From Lepidodermella squamata (taxonomy: Eukaryota; Animalia; Gastrotricha): DNA of 64,000 nt. Shown here one piece after another: positions 38,430-51,280 of the stretch. The notes under the pieces were generated by a model that searched no databases, was not told the origin of the DNA, and saw only the letters and a program-made list of their open reading frames with translations. Each line of letters starts with the position of its first letter. Position 1 is the stretch's first letter. A program made the translations under genes and the position numbers. Where the stretch lies: NCBI GenBank assembly GCA_047495785.1, contig JBLDXI010000016.1, forward strand, positions 310,001-374,000, written 5' to 3'.

Positions 38430-38979
38430 TTCCGGTTTACTATGGTAGATTTTCTCGATTTACATCTGCGAAACGGTAACACGGATTTTTATATTTTTCA
38501 TATGTCAACTACAGGCTGAATGCTGAGTGCTGAGTTCAATGAGCTCAAAATTATGTACCCGTTTCCATGCTCCCGATGAATGGGCTCATAAAAAAGGGAA
38601 GACTCTCCTTTGATGAAGAGTGAGTAATAATCTCTATACTGTGAATAGACCCAAGACACTTGGTTTAGCTGGTTTTTTATCACTAATTGTTCCCCAATTT
38701 AATTTACCAAAATTTAATAATGACTCGAGCATTTTTTTCTCTTTTCTTGCAAATTTGTTTGCGTTTATTTGTCTTTAGTTATACATGATTTTGCACAAAA
38801 AGTGATAGGAATGTCATTCAGCATCACACATGCATCCCAAACATCCCTGGTATCAATCGATTTCAAACGCGAGGTGTCAACCGGAAGCCTCAAATGCGCA
38901 CCAGATGAGTTTTATCTTGTGATAAACCACACGAACGATTTCGCTTTCCTTCGGCTCGACAATGTTTTTCGCTAACATC

Positions 38980-39661
38980 ATGGCTAAGGGCGATGGGTCC
39001 AACGAGATATCACCACGGCGGGCTAGCATTCAAAGCAAGGCTCTGATGCCTCGACCTGTCGGTGTGGCTCTTCGAGAACTTTTTGGTGAATACGTTGTTA
39101 AATCGGACAAGTCAACAGTCAGCAAAATCGCGAAAATTAGCGTGGTAAAACTGGCGGAATCTGCCAACAAAATCGGCCTGTATTTCGCGTCGAATTACTG
39201 CGCTAATTCAATGAGATTCACGACGAAATTGAACGCGTTCTACGCAAAAAATAAAGACAAGACGCCCGGAGGGTTGGAAATCGTTCAAGTATGCCCCGAT
39301 AAGGATGAAGACAGGTTTTATACTTCGCTTTAGTACTTTCAAGCAGTCGGTTTCTATTATATTTCAGCTTTTCACACTACCTCGCCACTTTTCCGTGGTA
39401 TGCAGTTGACTTCAAACAGACGAAAGCAAGGGTATGATTCTAGTTTCAAATGTCAGTTTGCTTGACAAATTCATTTGAAGGACGACCTCCCAAACAAGTT
39501 TGGCGTGGCAAAGACACCACAGTTGATATTTTTGGACAGCATTTCTGGCGAAGTTTGTTTCCTCTCCAGGCTTTATTTTTGGAACTAACAGATTTGCATA
39601 GCAGGTTATCTCAGCTGAAGGTGTTGCCTTGATTGAGCAAGAAACGACTGGTACCAGCTAA
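38980..39661 (+). CDS. Divergent nucleoredoxin-like protein (CANS monothiol site); 4 exons
   Basis: LRELFGEYVVK and KIGLYFASNYCANSMRF, FPWY. Closest to 30891-31707, with the same introns. Ends ...EQETTGTS*. Confidence 0.8.
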
Positions 39662-40332
39662 TACGAATCACGCATAAGCAGACTTTCAGCTGATAGATGA
39701 TTCATTCTCAAAAACGATTAGTTAACCTTGTTACTCGAGCTTTGACACAATCTTTTTTGCTTATATTCACCATTTGCTATTCCTCTATACATCTGCAATG
39801 TTTCATGTTTTCTGGTACGGTCAGTAAAATTGAAACCTATGGATTTCGTCGCTGTTGAAAATGTTCTGCGTCGGAAATAGAAAATGTTGCATCTTCAAGA
39901 TTTTTGAAGAAAGAGAAGTTGAGCCGTCCGATGTTAGTCCAAAGCCAGCAGGATAGCGGCTGTCGAAGCCTCAAGAAGACTTTGAATCTGATGCCTTAGC
40001 TTGATAGAAGAGAGCATCCCGCTAACTAGAGCTGGAACCGTATCGTTTGTCATTGATAACTCCAACGAGATGGAAGACGTATAGGTAGCCGAAAAATATT
40101 ACATATAATGTGAATACACCCCGCATTTAGGGAAGGTGCTAATTAGGGAAAAGTCGATTTGCTTCATCTCAGCAGAAATAGTAAAAGCATGTTTCAATTC
40201 TCCTTTATTCCGATAAACAGAACAGCTCTCAGCAATAACTCCTCACTCCTCTACCTTCAACAGAACACAGAACTAGTGGGAAATTACCCACGTAAGATAT
40301 GCTCTCACGCTATCGTAATCGTACGTCATACG

Positions 40333-40690
40333 TCATTTGGCCTTATTATAGCATTTTTCCATGCATATCGCCATCGATGAATAAAATTCGTCATTGAAGT
40401 AGTTTGCTAGACATGCGACTGACGCCTGTGTGCATTTGTTCGTTCTTATGCTGTAGTAATAGTACCTGTTTGGATTGTATCCCTCCTGTCCAGGCTCGCA
40501 AGCCATCCTTATCGACGCTGGTTCCTTTTTTTGTACTGCGCCCGACAGTCGCCTTAATCACAGGATAATAGTGCATTTCGTTTCGAAAAATAACTGCTCA
40601 TACCTTCGTTGTCAACTATTTCACCTTGAAAAGAGCTCGCCACCAGCAATGCCAAGCAAAGAAGGCTAACGGGCCACAGCGAGAAGTTGC
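40333..40690 (-). pseudogene. Kunitz-like secreted peptide gene, copy 1; disrupted (start separated by a ~210-bp insertion, frameshift in an A7 run)
   Basis: Paralog of 41644-42012. The frame-corrected mature region DCRAQYKKEPASIRMACEPGQEGYNPNRYYYYSIRTNKCTQASVACLANYFNDEFYSSMAICMEKCYNKAK has 6 Cys. Confidence 0.65.
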
Positions 40691-41643
40691 ATCGTTTGGA
40701 TTGTCGAGAATGTGTACCGATTTTGGCATCCGGCCAAAATGGCACTAGGCCAACATTCCGGAAGATTCCATTCCAGATCTTTCTATGGACTATAAGTACG
40801 CGGCTTAAAGAGATTTTTGTACATGCGATACTTTCTGATGAGTCACTTGCAATAAACTAGAGAGTTTTCCCTTCTGTCCTGTTGCGCATACACTACCTGG
40901 ATATCACACCTGAAATGAGAAATGATGTTGGAATGACTATATGTTGTATGAAGAACCATGCTGGCTTAAATAGCGGATTTCAGCTACCATATGGCGATTT
41001 CCCAAACCCTTATCTGCAGCCTGATAAAAGTCCAGGATTGTAAATTGCGAATTTTCAATGAAATTGTATGTTTCGTTAACACACGATACGCCTCTGAATC
41101 CGCAGAAGTTTTACAAACGTTCGTTGAAACCGTGCATCTTTGTAATGATTTCTCGTAATTAAGTGCCCTGCCGTGTCGTGTCGAAATTGAACGTAGTTTC
41201 ACAGAATTGCAATACTGGAATTATCACAGGCTCTTTTCCGTCGTCATTATTACATCATTCAGCTTCATATCAAATACATCAAATCTTTTATGCTTATAAT
41301 GACCCTTTACTTTTCCTCTATAAATGTGTGTGTTCTCATGTTTCCTGGAACGGCCAATGAAAGCTTGACCTATGAGCGTTGTAGTGCTTGGTCTCGAAAT
41401 TGGAAAGGGCTGTATCTTTAACATTATGGAAAAAAGGAGGCCGAGCCGTCCGAAGCCTCAAGAAATTTCGAGTCCAATGACCTTTCTGATTGGAAGAGAG
41501 CTCAGCTTAAAAAGTAAAACAAATTCATGATTTTATTTCAGTTAACAGAACAGTTCAAGGCATTAAATCTTCCACTTTTGCAGCGGGAAGTTCGTCATGT
41601 GAGATATGCTAAAAATATGCTCTCGCGTTATCGTTATCGTACG

Positions 41644-42012
41644 TCATTTGGCCTTTTTATGACATTTTTCAATGCATATCGATTCGCTTGAATATAGTGG
41701 TTGACCAGCGAAGTTGATTAGACATGCGCATGTTGCCTGCGTGCATCTTTTCGTTTCTGTGCAGTAGTAATAGTACCCGTTTAGATTGTAATCTTCCTGG
41801 TCAGGCCAGCAAGCCTGCCTTGTCGACGCCGGTTCGCCTTTGTACTGCGCCTGACAGCCGTCTTAAGAAAAATCAATTGGTAATAGCGCAATTCCTTTTG
41901 AAGAAGAACTGTCTATACCTTCGTTGTCAACTATTTCACCTTGTAAAGAGCTCGCCACCAGCAATGCCAAGCAAAATAGGCCAATAGGCCTAATCGAGAA
42001 GTTTGATATCAT
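41644..42012 (-). CDS. Kunitz-like Cys-rich secreted peptide (103-aa precursor), copy 2; exons 42012-41919 and 41861-41644
   Basis: Spliced product MISNFSIRPIGLFCLALLVASSLQGEIVDNEDGCQAQYKGEPASTRQACWPDQEDYNLNGYYYYCTETKRCTQATCACLINFAGQPLYSSESICIEKCHKKAK*. It has a signal peptide, GT-AG intron, YYY...K.C and Y.S...C.EKC Kunitz-like motifs. Not in the ORF track. Confidence 0.75.
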
Positions 42013-42802
42013 GCTTAAAATGATGTTAGAATGACTATGTTGTATGAAGAACCATGCCGGCTTAAATAGACGATTCCAGCCACCATCTGGCGAATTCCCA
42101 AACCCTTATCTGCAGCCTGAGAAAACTCCAGGATTGTAAATTGCGAATTTTCAATGAAATTGTATGTTTCGTTAACACACGATACGCCTCTGAATCCGCA
42201 GAAGTTTTACAAACGTTCGTTGAAACCGTGCATCTTTGTAATGATTTCTCGTAATTAAGTGCCCCGCCAAGTCGTGTGTCGTGTCGGAATTAAACATGTA
42301 GTTTCACCGAAAATTCGCATAAACAATACTGAGCCTTTTCCCACGCTCTTTCCCGTCGTCATTTTTACATCATTCAGCATGATATCATATAATACATGCA
42401 ATTTGTTGCAAGGCCCCATCAGCCATTAGCCTTCTTCCCTTGACATTGAGGGTGGTGAGCTCTTGTAATAGCTGACAGCTTCATTTCATTTTGAGAAATT
42501 TTTAATCGCGAACTTACAAATTGCACGGGGCGATCTGATCACGCAGAGCTTGAGAGCTTTTTCACATGCCCCTCCTTGTCTTTCTAAAGAGATAAAAATT
42601 TATTAAAAATGTGGACCCAATTTAACAATCAGGTTGCCTTACGATATATAATAAAAAATTAGCCTTGAATTCGAACAATGGTAAACACAACGACAAACGT
42701 TCGACAGGATAGCTAAGTATGACAGTGAAGTATGAGATCAGTTCCTAAATATACCCAGTTGACATTTACAGCACAGCAAAAGAATGTACAACACGACTTC
42801 TA

Positions 42803-44007
42803 CTAAAATGCGATAACTGAAGCAATGGAGGATCGCTTTTCAGAAACCGTCGATACGCGTCGATTCCTCAGCAAATTTTCATAGAATTCCGGTCGTAAGC
42901 ACTGAACAATGGGCGTGATAGCCATTTGCAGCATCATTATTATGACGGCTGATCTATGCGTCCAGGTTCGTAGAGCATACGGCCCAGCTGAATCGTAGAA
43001 CGGCAGCAAAATCACTGAAATCAGCAAAGGAACGCGACAAATAACAGAGATGAAGAAAACCGCAATCGATTGCTTCACGAGGAATATGTCCATCTCACGC
43101 CAGTCAGGTAAACACGGTGCGTTCAGCGTGATTGACTCAGTCGATGAGAAGCGCCTGTCTAATAAAGCTGGTAGGCTGAGTGAAGGTGCGACCTTTGAGG
43201 CTCTTTGAAGCATTCCGAAAATCGACCCATAGTTAATGCCAAGGCCGAGGTCGACCGCTAGAAGAACGACGAAGCTGTAGACTGTGATAAGGATTGAAGT
43301 ATCGGTCTCGCCAAGCCTGAATGCGAAATTGCCACAGTAAGCTTTGTAAGTCCCATTCGCAACCTCTGGGACGCTCAAAAATTGAACCTCGATGGATGTG
43401 AGAGGATAAATATGAAGGGTTCTCCAGATTCCCCAGGAACCAGCCGCCAAAACAAGTGCTTTTAGCGTAAGCTACAGAAAAAATATAGCAACAAGCTCAA
43501 GATTAATCATGCAAAACTCACTATTTTTGCAAATGTTGATGGGTTTTGGCAGTTTGATTGAATACAGAGCTTCCTCTCGAAACTTATCAGGAGCATTACT
43601 GAAAAGCTGAAGGATCCAGACGCGAAAGAAGCCCAAGCCAGGCTGATGCAAGCGTCGTTATCTGATTCCCAGAATCCTGTCTCCAGGGTTATGATGTTAG
43701 GTACTGTTATAGTTAGACAGCAAATAAAATTGCTGATCCCAAGCATGGCCGTTAGATAGAGAAAATCCGCCTTGACCCGCCGTTTGTAGAATACTATACC
43801 ATTTGCGATTGTTGTTGCTAAAACGGCGGAAGTAAGGATGCAGAGAATTACCACGTAAGGAAGCCGATCTTTCATCGATTTAGCATGAACATCGTGATAC
43901 CATCCGACGAAGTAGGGCCTCGGGCTATTGAAGCCTCGATTTGGGATTTCTCCTATCAACCAATCGTAGACGAAGCCGGCGTTGGGTGATTTCTCAATTT
44001 TGTCCAT
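42803..44007 (-). CDS. Orphan class A (rhodopsin-like) GPCR, copy 1; 2 coding exons
   Basis: Seven hydrophobic segments with TM1 (A)N, TM3 Cys and ISFERK (DRY equivalent), ECL2 Cys, TM6 F.IC..P and TM7 TPIV. Intron 43472-43521 is in frame. Confidence 0.8.
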
Positions 44008-45022
44008 ATTTCTATTGAAATACTGATTGACTTTAGTGATTGAAGCAGCAAGATTGTGCCCCTTTGACATGCTGAAACATTATACACATGTAGTAGAACT
44101 AATTAGAGGAACATCATTAACTTGAGAGCAGAGTTTCGAATTTCGCTGTCTATAGATGAGAACTTCAAAAACATTGCTGCGGAGACTTAAGGACAGTGCG
44201 TAGTCGACGGCTTGTAAACTGCCGGTAATTAATAGCAGATAATGCCCCTACTAAGCGACAATTTTGGTATTTATAGAGAATCAAACGTCAACATCTGTCA
44301 TTGGAGCTTTCCTGCTGAGCTTTAGACGATTCATGACTAATTGGTTGATTCAGTTAGCTAATTAAAATAATTATAATATGAGCAGCTGGTAACGCTCCAA
44401 TTGCAGAAATTATGCTTCTGATCATCAAAAGTTCCAGTTTTATGCCCACTTGAAGCCTTCAAGAGCTATCGATTTTAGGCCGAAATGTAATTTTTGAATA
44501 TTTATTTCCGCTTTTAAATATTTAAAATCATTTGTCCTTCATCATTTGTTATTTATTTCGTTTGAATCAGCCGAGGAAAGCTTCGAAAATAAGAGAATAG
44601 GAATATGTCTGAAGGTATTGACAGTCTATAACTCTTATAGACTCTTTATAGACTCTTTTAACTGCTAGGTATAAATTAGCGACAGAGGGCATCGATCTAT
44701 GCTATTCTATCTATGTCCCATTTTTGTCGTTTATGAGAGCAAATTCACTTTATATAGAAGCAGAAGAAATGGCCTGAAGATGCGCATCTTTATGACGGAT
44801 GAAAGATTTTAGCTGAATCCTTCAATTTATTGATTCGCAAATTAACTCATTCTGGACACCAAATATTTCTATTTCGAGCGGCTTTATTATTCATAATTGA
44901 ATCTTCAGAGGGCTAGACGGGCAGTAATTCGTAGGATTAGCCGCATACGTCATAAATTTGGTAAGGTGGACTGACATTTTTGAATTTTCCTAATTTCTAC
45001 ATTGCAAATTCGTTCTTTAAAA

Positions 45023-45373
45023 ATGCAAAATTGTTATGCAGCCATATCCATCTTAATTTTGCTGACACCAGTAATTGCAGCTGGTTACTTGGATAACATC
45101 CACTACGCCGAGCCCGAGTACAATGCCGAACAATACTATCGATCGCCATCGGAAGATCTATTCATCTCTGGCACAAATGAAGTTGCGTCTGGTGCACTGG
45201 GCGATTTGCTCCGCACGCGCATGGTCAATCGGTATTTTAAGACAACGCACAATAAACCCGTTCATTCGCATCGGCGACGTCTCCAGATTATGCACTGCAA
45301 TCGCCTTTACAGGGAAGTCGAGCTGAACCGATTACCACTCGATCGATTCCTGCTTACCTGCTCTAACGTATAA
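45023..45373 (+). CDS. Prepropeptide-like secreted precursor, copy 1
   Basis: Signal peptide, acidic spacer, RRR, then a 30-aa C-terminal peptide with C-x20-C. Paralog at 54884. Confidence 0.7.
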   Translation: MQNCYAAISILILLTPVIAAGYLDNIHYAEPEYNAEQYYRSPSEDLFISGTNEVASGALGDLLRTRMVNRYFKTTHNKPVHSHRRRLQIMHCNRLYREVELNRLPLDRFLLTCSNV

Positions 45374-46358
45374 TCAACGATTCGTCAAGAGAAACTGGCT
45401 CCTTGAATGTTCGGCAGCTCTTAGGAACTCTTTCTAAAAGTTTCAAACTAGAATTTTGAAAGTTAGCTGGTATAGGTTACCAATATCGAATAAAAAACTA
45501 GTTTACACGAAGCGATGTTTCAAACTTGTTCAATGCATTTGATTATTATCTATTCTTTCTAGGCGTCGAGCTGAAGGCTCGAGTTCATCGGCAATCAATC
45601 GGAACACGTAATCAGTGATGAGGATTTCAAGGATTAAGGGATTTCAAAATCAGATACGGCAATAAACATCGGGGAAAAATAGTGACCCGTATGCGAAAAT
45701 TGTCGAAATAATCAACTTTCACGGTTTTAAACCCATCGTGGTAAAAAAATTCTTATTTTACAGGACCTAATTTCTTCAAACCTTTCTCATATGAGAAATG
45801 ATATAATGCGAGTAATTTTCTATATAATCCGAGTAAAAACCAGCATAATCCAAGAAACAACCAGTTCAATCGAGCAGATGAATGATTCTCAAAGATTTCG
45901 ACGATCTGATTTTGGGATCACGGAATGATTTCAGAGGATATTATGAGATTTGCTTTCAAATCAAATCCCCAACACTGCACGTAATAAAGATGATTTTTCT
46001 GTCAAAACTATTATTGAGGTTAACGCGTTCCTGGCTGTGAATATGGTTAATTCGATCGATCGGAACATTTTCCTTACACATAAGTTGATAGTAGAGCATA
46101 TTCGCCTCAAGGTTAGCTTTAATGCGCAAACCTGATGCACAAAACATAGCTGATCCCGCATCATCTGCGCGTAAAATACCAGCTGCTGCTAGGAAAAGGC
46201 TCATTCCCGATCACACCTTTCATCAAGAAACAATGCGGAGAAACTGCGAGATAAATATCTCACCTCAGGTTTGACTAATTTATAAAGCAGCTGGTATGAA
46301 GATCATTTTTATTACCATTCTTTATTAAATCGTTCTAATTTTTCTTGGATGGTTAGCA

Positions 46359-49318
46359 ATGAATGAACTATTTCTTCTACTGATTTCACCATTAATCACG
46401 GGTGTTATCAATGGGCAAAGTTACAAATGTCGGACAATAATCAGCGATACACAATTATATACATTTTTCAGCATGTTCACCTGATTGCCCGACAAATGGC
46501 TACTGTACGGCCACCAACACTTGCACGTGTCTGCCCGGCTGGATAGGCTCTGGCTGCGATACATGTAAGACCCTAATATGCCGAACCATGCCAAGCTCCT
46601 AATTATCAAATGATGTGAAGCGCTAACCTGGAATTACCCACCTGACCCTGCGTTGCCGCAATTCTCTCTTGGGAATGGAAATACGAGTGAATATTTGAGA
46701 GAAGGGCTAACGTTTTACCTAGTTTTTATGTGTTCTCTTCGAGGCAATTACGACATGTTCGTTCTCGCGAGCGTCAGTAATCCGCAAACTAATGGAGCAA
46801 TTAGGCTGACCCCCAATCAGCAGTGGCAGTGCACCTACCTGTTCAGCAAATTGGTTTGAACTGACCAATTCCTCTTTTAATTATTCGTCCATTCTAACTT
46901 AACAGCCCTTGCCGATGATGCCTAATTTTAGCATCAACTACACCGTTCATTTCGGCAATTGGGGGTCGAATGCTGATGGACTCCACTTCCAAATTCTGAG
47001 CAACTCATCGATAAAAAGAGCGCCTAGTATTTTGAAGCGGCTTAACATTGTTATCAGGTATCGAGTTATTTTTTTAGACAGCATGACAGCCTGGATAAAT
47101 TCACCAGAATTAGCTGGGCTGGCAGTCAGTATTAACGCATATAATGCAAGAGCTACTGTCTCTTATGCAACGTCGAATGTTACGCTCATGGACACCGGCT
47201 CTACAATTAACCGCACAATCAACTATTTTAGCATGCCTCAAGCCACAATTCGGCAAAAGTTTCACCTCGGACTGAGATTTGAGAACTTTCAGCTTACCAC
47301 AGTGTACTTCTGTGCAGTCACGGGGTGTCAGAATTTGTTCTCAGGGTTAACCGGGCTCGATATTCGCAGCATTCCCGGCCCTCTTCAAGTTGGCATTACG
47401 GGATTAACCGGCGGCGCAGCCGACCAACTCGATTTGTACGATATCAACGTCTACCAAAGGGCTTGTAATGTTACCTGCATCTATGGCGCCTGTGACGCGA
47501 CGAAACTAGCATGCGTATGCGCGCCTGGTTTAACCGGAGCTATTTGCGATACAGGTATCTTTGAAGCGAATAACTTCACATCATTTTATGAAAGATGCTA
47601 TTCAAGTCGCAACTTGTTCAACGCCATGCAAAACTAACGCTTACTGTACTGGCGTCAACACCTGCACATGTCTCCCAGGTTGGTCGGGGGCTGACTGCAC
47701 GATTCCACCCGCTGGAATGTTTACCACCGCCAATCGTTTGACCCGCTACAGCTGTGGGACGGGCAACACGCGTTAGTTTTTTACTAATTATCGGCTAAAA
47801 GATAACGATTTCAAAAACGATTGGGCATTGGAAAATTACACAAATACACCCCTGTTCGCTTTTAATTATCAAACAATTTCATTTGAGGAAGCTTGCTGGA
47901 ACCTTACAGCCCAGAACTTCTTTGAGTGCCCTTTTTCAGCGTCAATCGCTTTCGAAATCGTTGATAATTCTGGTTCCTATCAACCATAAATATCAATTCA
48001 TTTCAGAAAACTACGACATGTACATACATTCCTCTATTACAAATCCGCAACCTAACGGAGCCACGAGGTTGGTGAAAAATCAAGCATCGATTACAAGCTC
48101 ACTATTTACGAAGCTGGTTGGTTGAAACACAAAAACTTAAACTATTAAATAGTCTTATTTACTTTCAGCCAATCCCTGCTAATCTCCCAAATAACAACAT
48201 CAATATTACAATCGAATTGGGGAAATCAGGAACCATTGTCGATGGTTTTGTTCTCGAGATTCTGAGCAACAGCACGATTGAAAGACCCACGGGAAATCTC
48301 GGTAAATGGATCGACGCAAACCGCACGGGAATAACGATTACAGTGTCGCCGTTTTTCAACATGATATCGATTTCTTCGACTGTGGAGCCTACTAAGCATG
48401 CCCTATTCTGGGGAAAAGGTAATGTGGCGAACCTAGGAATCCTAGGAAACCCGAATCTTCGGCAGAAAATGCAGTTCGGCATTCGTTTTATTGATAACAA
48501 GCTTCGACAGGCAGGTTACAAAACTTTCATCATACACTTAAAGACCTATTATGCTTTTAGGTGTCAATGTGCTCGGTTTCTGTTTGTCGAATTCTGTTCG
48601 ACGGTCTCGACCTAGACATTTCCTTGATCCCAGCGCCCGTTCACTTTGGAATCACTGGCTACTCGGGTGCGAAATTCGACGAAGTTGACCTCCACGAAAT
48701 AGCTTTCTACGGTTTCGTATGCACGCCTAAATGCGTTTTCGGGACATGCAATGTTGTCCCGTTAACATGTGTCTGCTCTCCTGGTTACACGGGCATAGCT
48801 TGCGAATCGGGTGAGTTGTTATAGTTGTTTGAAGTCAAAATTTGATGAGCCATAAAATATTAGCGATATGCACCCAGCCGTGTTTTAACGGTGGCACTTG
48901 CATAGCCCCCAACATCTGCGCATGCTCTTCCACATCGACTGGTCCTGATTGCAGCAAGTCCAGCTTAATGAAAGTTGCAAAAGACTACCAATTAGATGGC
49001 GCAACGCTTCTATCCAGTCTAACGCTACTCTCAGCTGGCAATTGCGCGGCGAAATGTCACGATTATGCTGGCTGCAAGGGGGTGAACTTTCGAATCAGCG
49101 ACAAACGATGCCAATTGCTCGACAGAAGCTTTGGCGAAGCTGCAACGACTTTGCTGTGTGAAATCGGAAGTCAGCACGTTACGATGAACGCTTCATCCAT
49201 GCCCAGCTATATCGTTAGCCAGCAAATGGCTTGTGAGATGGTCGGAGGCTGCCCCAGGCCATTCACTCGCTGTGTCTCCTCGTGCGTCTCTAATCGCTGG
49301 GTCGGACAATGCCAGTGA
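46359..49318 (+). CDS. Secreted mosaic protein: EGF, L-type lectin, EGF, EGF, L-type lectin, EGF, EGF, PAN/Apple; multi-exon
   Basis: Signal exon at ATG 46359. EGF motifs (CTCLPGWIGSGC and others). Lectin motifs IRLTP, ADG and VGITGLTGGAADQLD, repeated as VDG and FGITGYSG..DEVD. PAN motif CAAKC....CKGVNF......CQLL. Confidence 0.8.
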
Positions 49319-50094
49319 TTTTGGCGTGACTTCAATTAAATCCTGTTTTTTTCGAAGACGCGCGGCTTTTCACTCTCATCTCTCATACTAATAGGTACCT
49401 ACCTACGGCTTTAGCAATCGTTGAATGACTCGGATTTAAGCTTGTTTACTTCATTTTTTATAGGACAGGTGACAAGTCAAATCTAAGGTGTTGTTTCCTC
49501 TTCATTCCATTCCCTGTGATTAAAATAAATCAAATTTAAAAATGAAGATCTGTCATCAGCTGAGAGCTAAAAATGTGCACAATAATTTTTGGAAAATGTT
49601 TCAGCACTGCTTGTTTACAGCTTTTGTGAACCCACGTTCTCCGATAATTATCAGCTGATAACAGAGCCACATAACAAAGGGCCGGCATCATCACCTAGGT
49701 TTTCACTCGAGTATTTGATGATAATAGTGAAGAATTTTTATGAAGCTGGAGGATAAAATTACCAGCTCAGAGTACTTTTCCAACAACAGACAAGACGTGA
49801 GCCATTGAACGAGGCGTTTTCCAGCTTCTTCCATGTAATCTACAGAATGGGATTGGCCTTCTAGTGTAAGTTATACACGCAACAACAAAATCGGGAAAAT
49901 ACTCGTCCATCTCCTGGCATTCATGCTGCACTTACGGCTGGCACTTAGGGCTGGCACGAGTTATGACGCGGGGTTAATTACGGGGGAATTGGTGCAGATA
50001 AGAGCCATATTTAGTGCATATTTAGTGCGAGAATAAGTAGTGCGGGATGTGATGTAGTATGCAATGCGGGACGTATCACTGAAGAATATGTCCA

Positions 50095-51280
50095 CTAAAC
50101 TGCTACAACCGGAGCAATCGATGGTCGCCTTTGGAAAGGTACGCGTCTATTCCTCGCAAAACTGTAAAAATAATCGGGCCGCAAGCATGTTAAAATCGGT
50201 GTAACAGCCATTTGTAACATCATTATTACAATAGCTGATCTATGGGTCCAAGTACGCAGGGCGTACGGCCCAGCTAAATTGTAGAACGGTAGCAAAATCA
50301 CCAAAATCAGCAACGGAATGCGACAAATGACAGATATAAGAGAAACCGTGAACGATTGCTTCACTCGAAATATGTCCATTTCTCGCCAGTCAGCTAATCG
50401 AGGCGGGTTCAGAGTGATAGGCTCAGCTCTGTCTGATAAAGCTGGAAGGCTCATCAATTGCGTGTCCTTATAGGAACTCTTAAGCATTCCGAAAATCGTC
50501 CAATAGTTGATAACAAGTCCTAGGCTGATCGCTAATAGAACAGTTAAACTGTATAATGTCACGAGGATGGAAGTATCAGCGTTGCCAAGCTTGTGGGCAA
50601 AATTGCCACAGTAAGCTTTATAAGACCCATTTGCTATCTCTGGGATGCTCAACAACTGAACCTCGGTAGAGATGCGAGTGTGAATATGAAGGGCTTTCCA
50701 TTTACCCAAGGAAAAGCCTATGAAAATCAAGATATTGGCGATAAGCTGAAAAATTAATTTTGTAGAAATTGAAGGATAATCGTGCAAGTATCACTCTTTT
50801 AGCAAATATCGGTGGATCTGGGCTGTTTGATTGGATGCAAAGCTTCCACTCGTAACTTATCTGAAACATTACGAAGAAGCTGAATGTTCCGAACGAGAAC
50901 GGAGCCCAAGCAAGGTTGGTGCAAGTGTCATTATCTGATTCCCAAAATCCTGTCTCGAGGGTTATGATATGAGGTACTGTTATCGTCAGACAGGAAAGAA
51001 AATTGCTGATTCCAAGCAAAGCCGTGAGAACGCGGAAATCCACCCTAACCTGCCGCTTGTAGAGAACAACAGCATTTGCGATTGTTGCTGTTAAAACGGC
51101 GGAAGTCAGAATGCAGAGAATGACCACATAGGGAAGTCGGTCTTTTATCGATTTTGCATGGACATCGTGATACCAGCCGACGTGGTAAGGCCTCGGGCCG
51201 TTGAAGCCTCGGTCTGGGATATATACGAACAACCAATCGTAGACTAAACCAGCGTAATGCGATTCCTCAATCTTCTCCAT
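50095..51280 (-). CDS. Orphan class A GPCR, copy 2; 2 coding exons
   Basis: Paralog of 42803-44007 (shared VGWYHDVHAKS.KDRLPYVVILCIL and AGPYALRTWTHRSA). DRY position reads YEWK. Confidence 0.8.
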
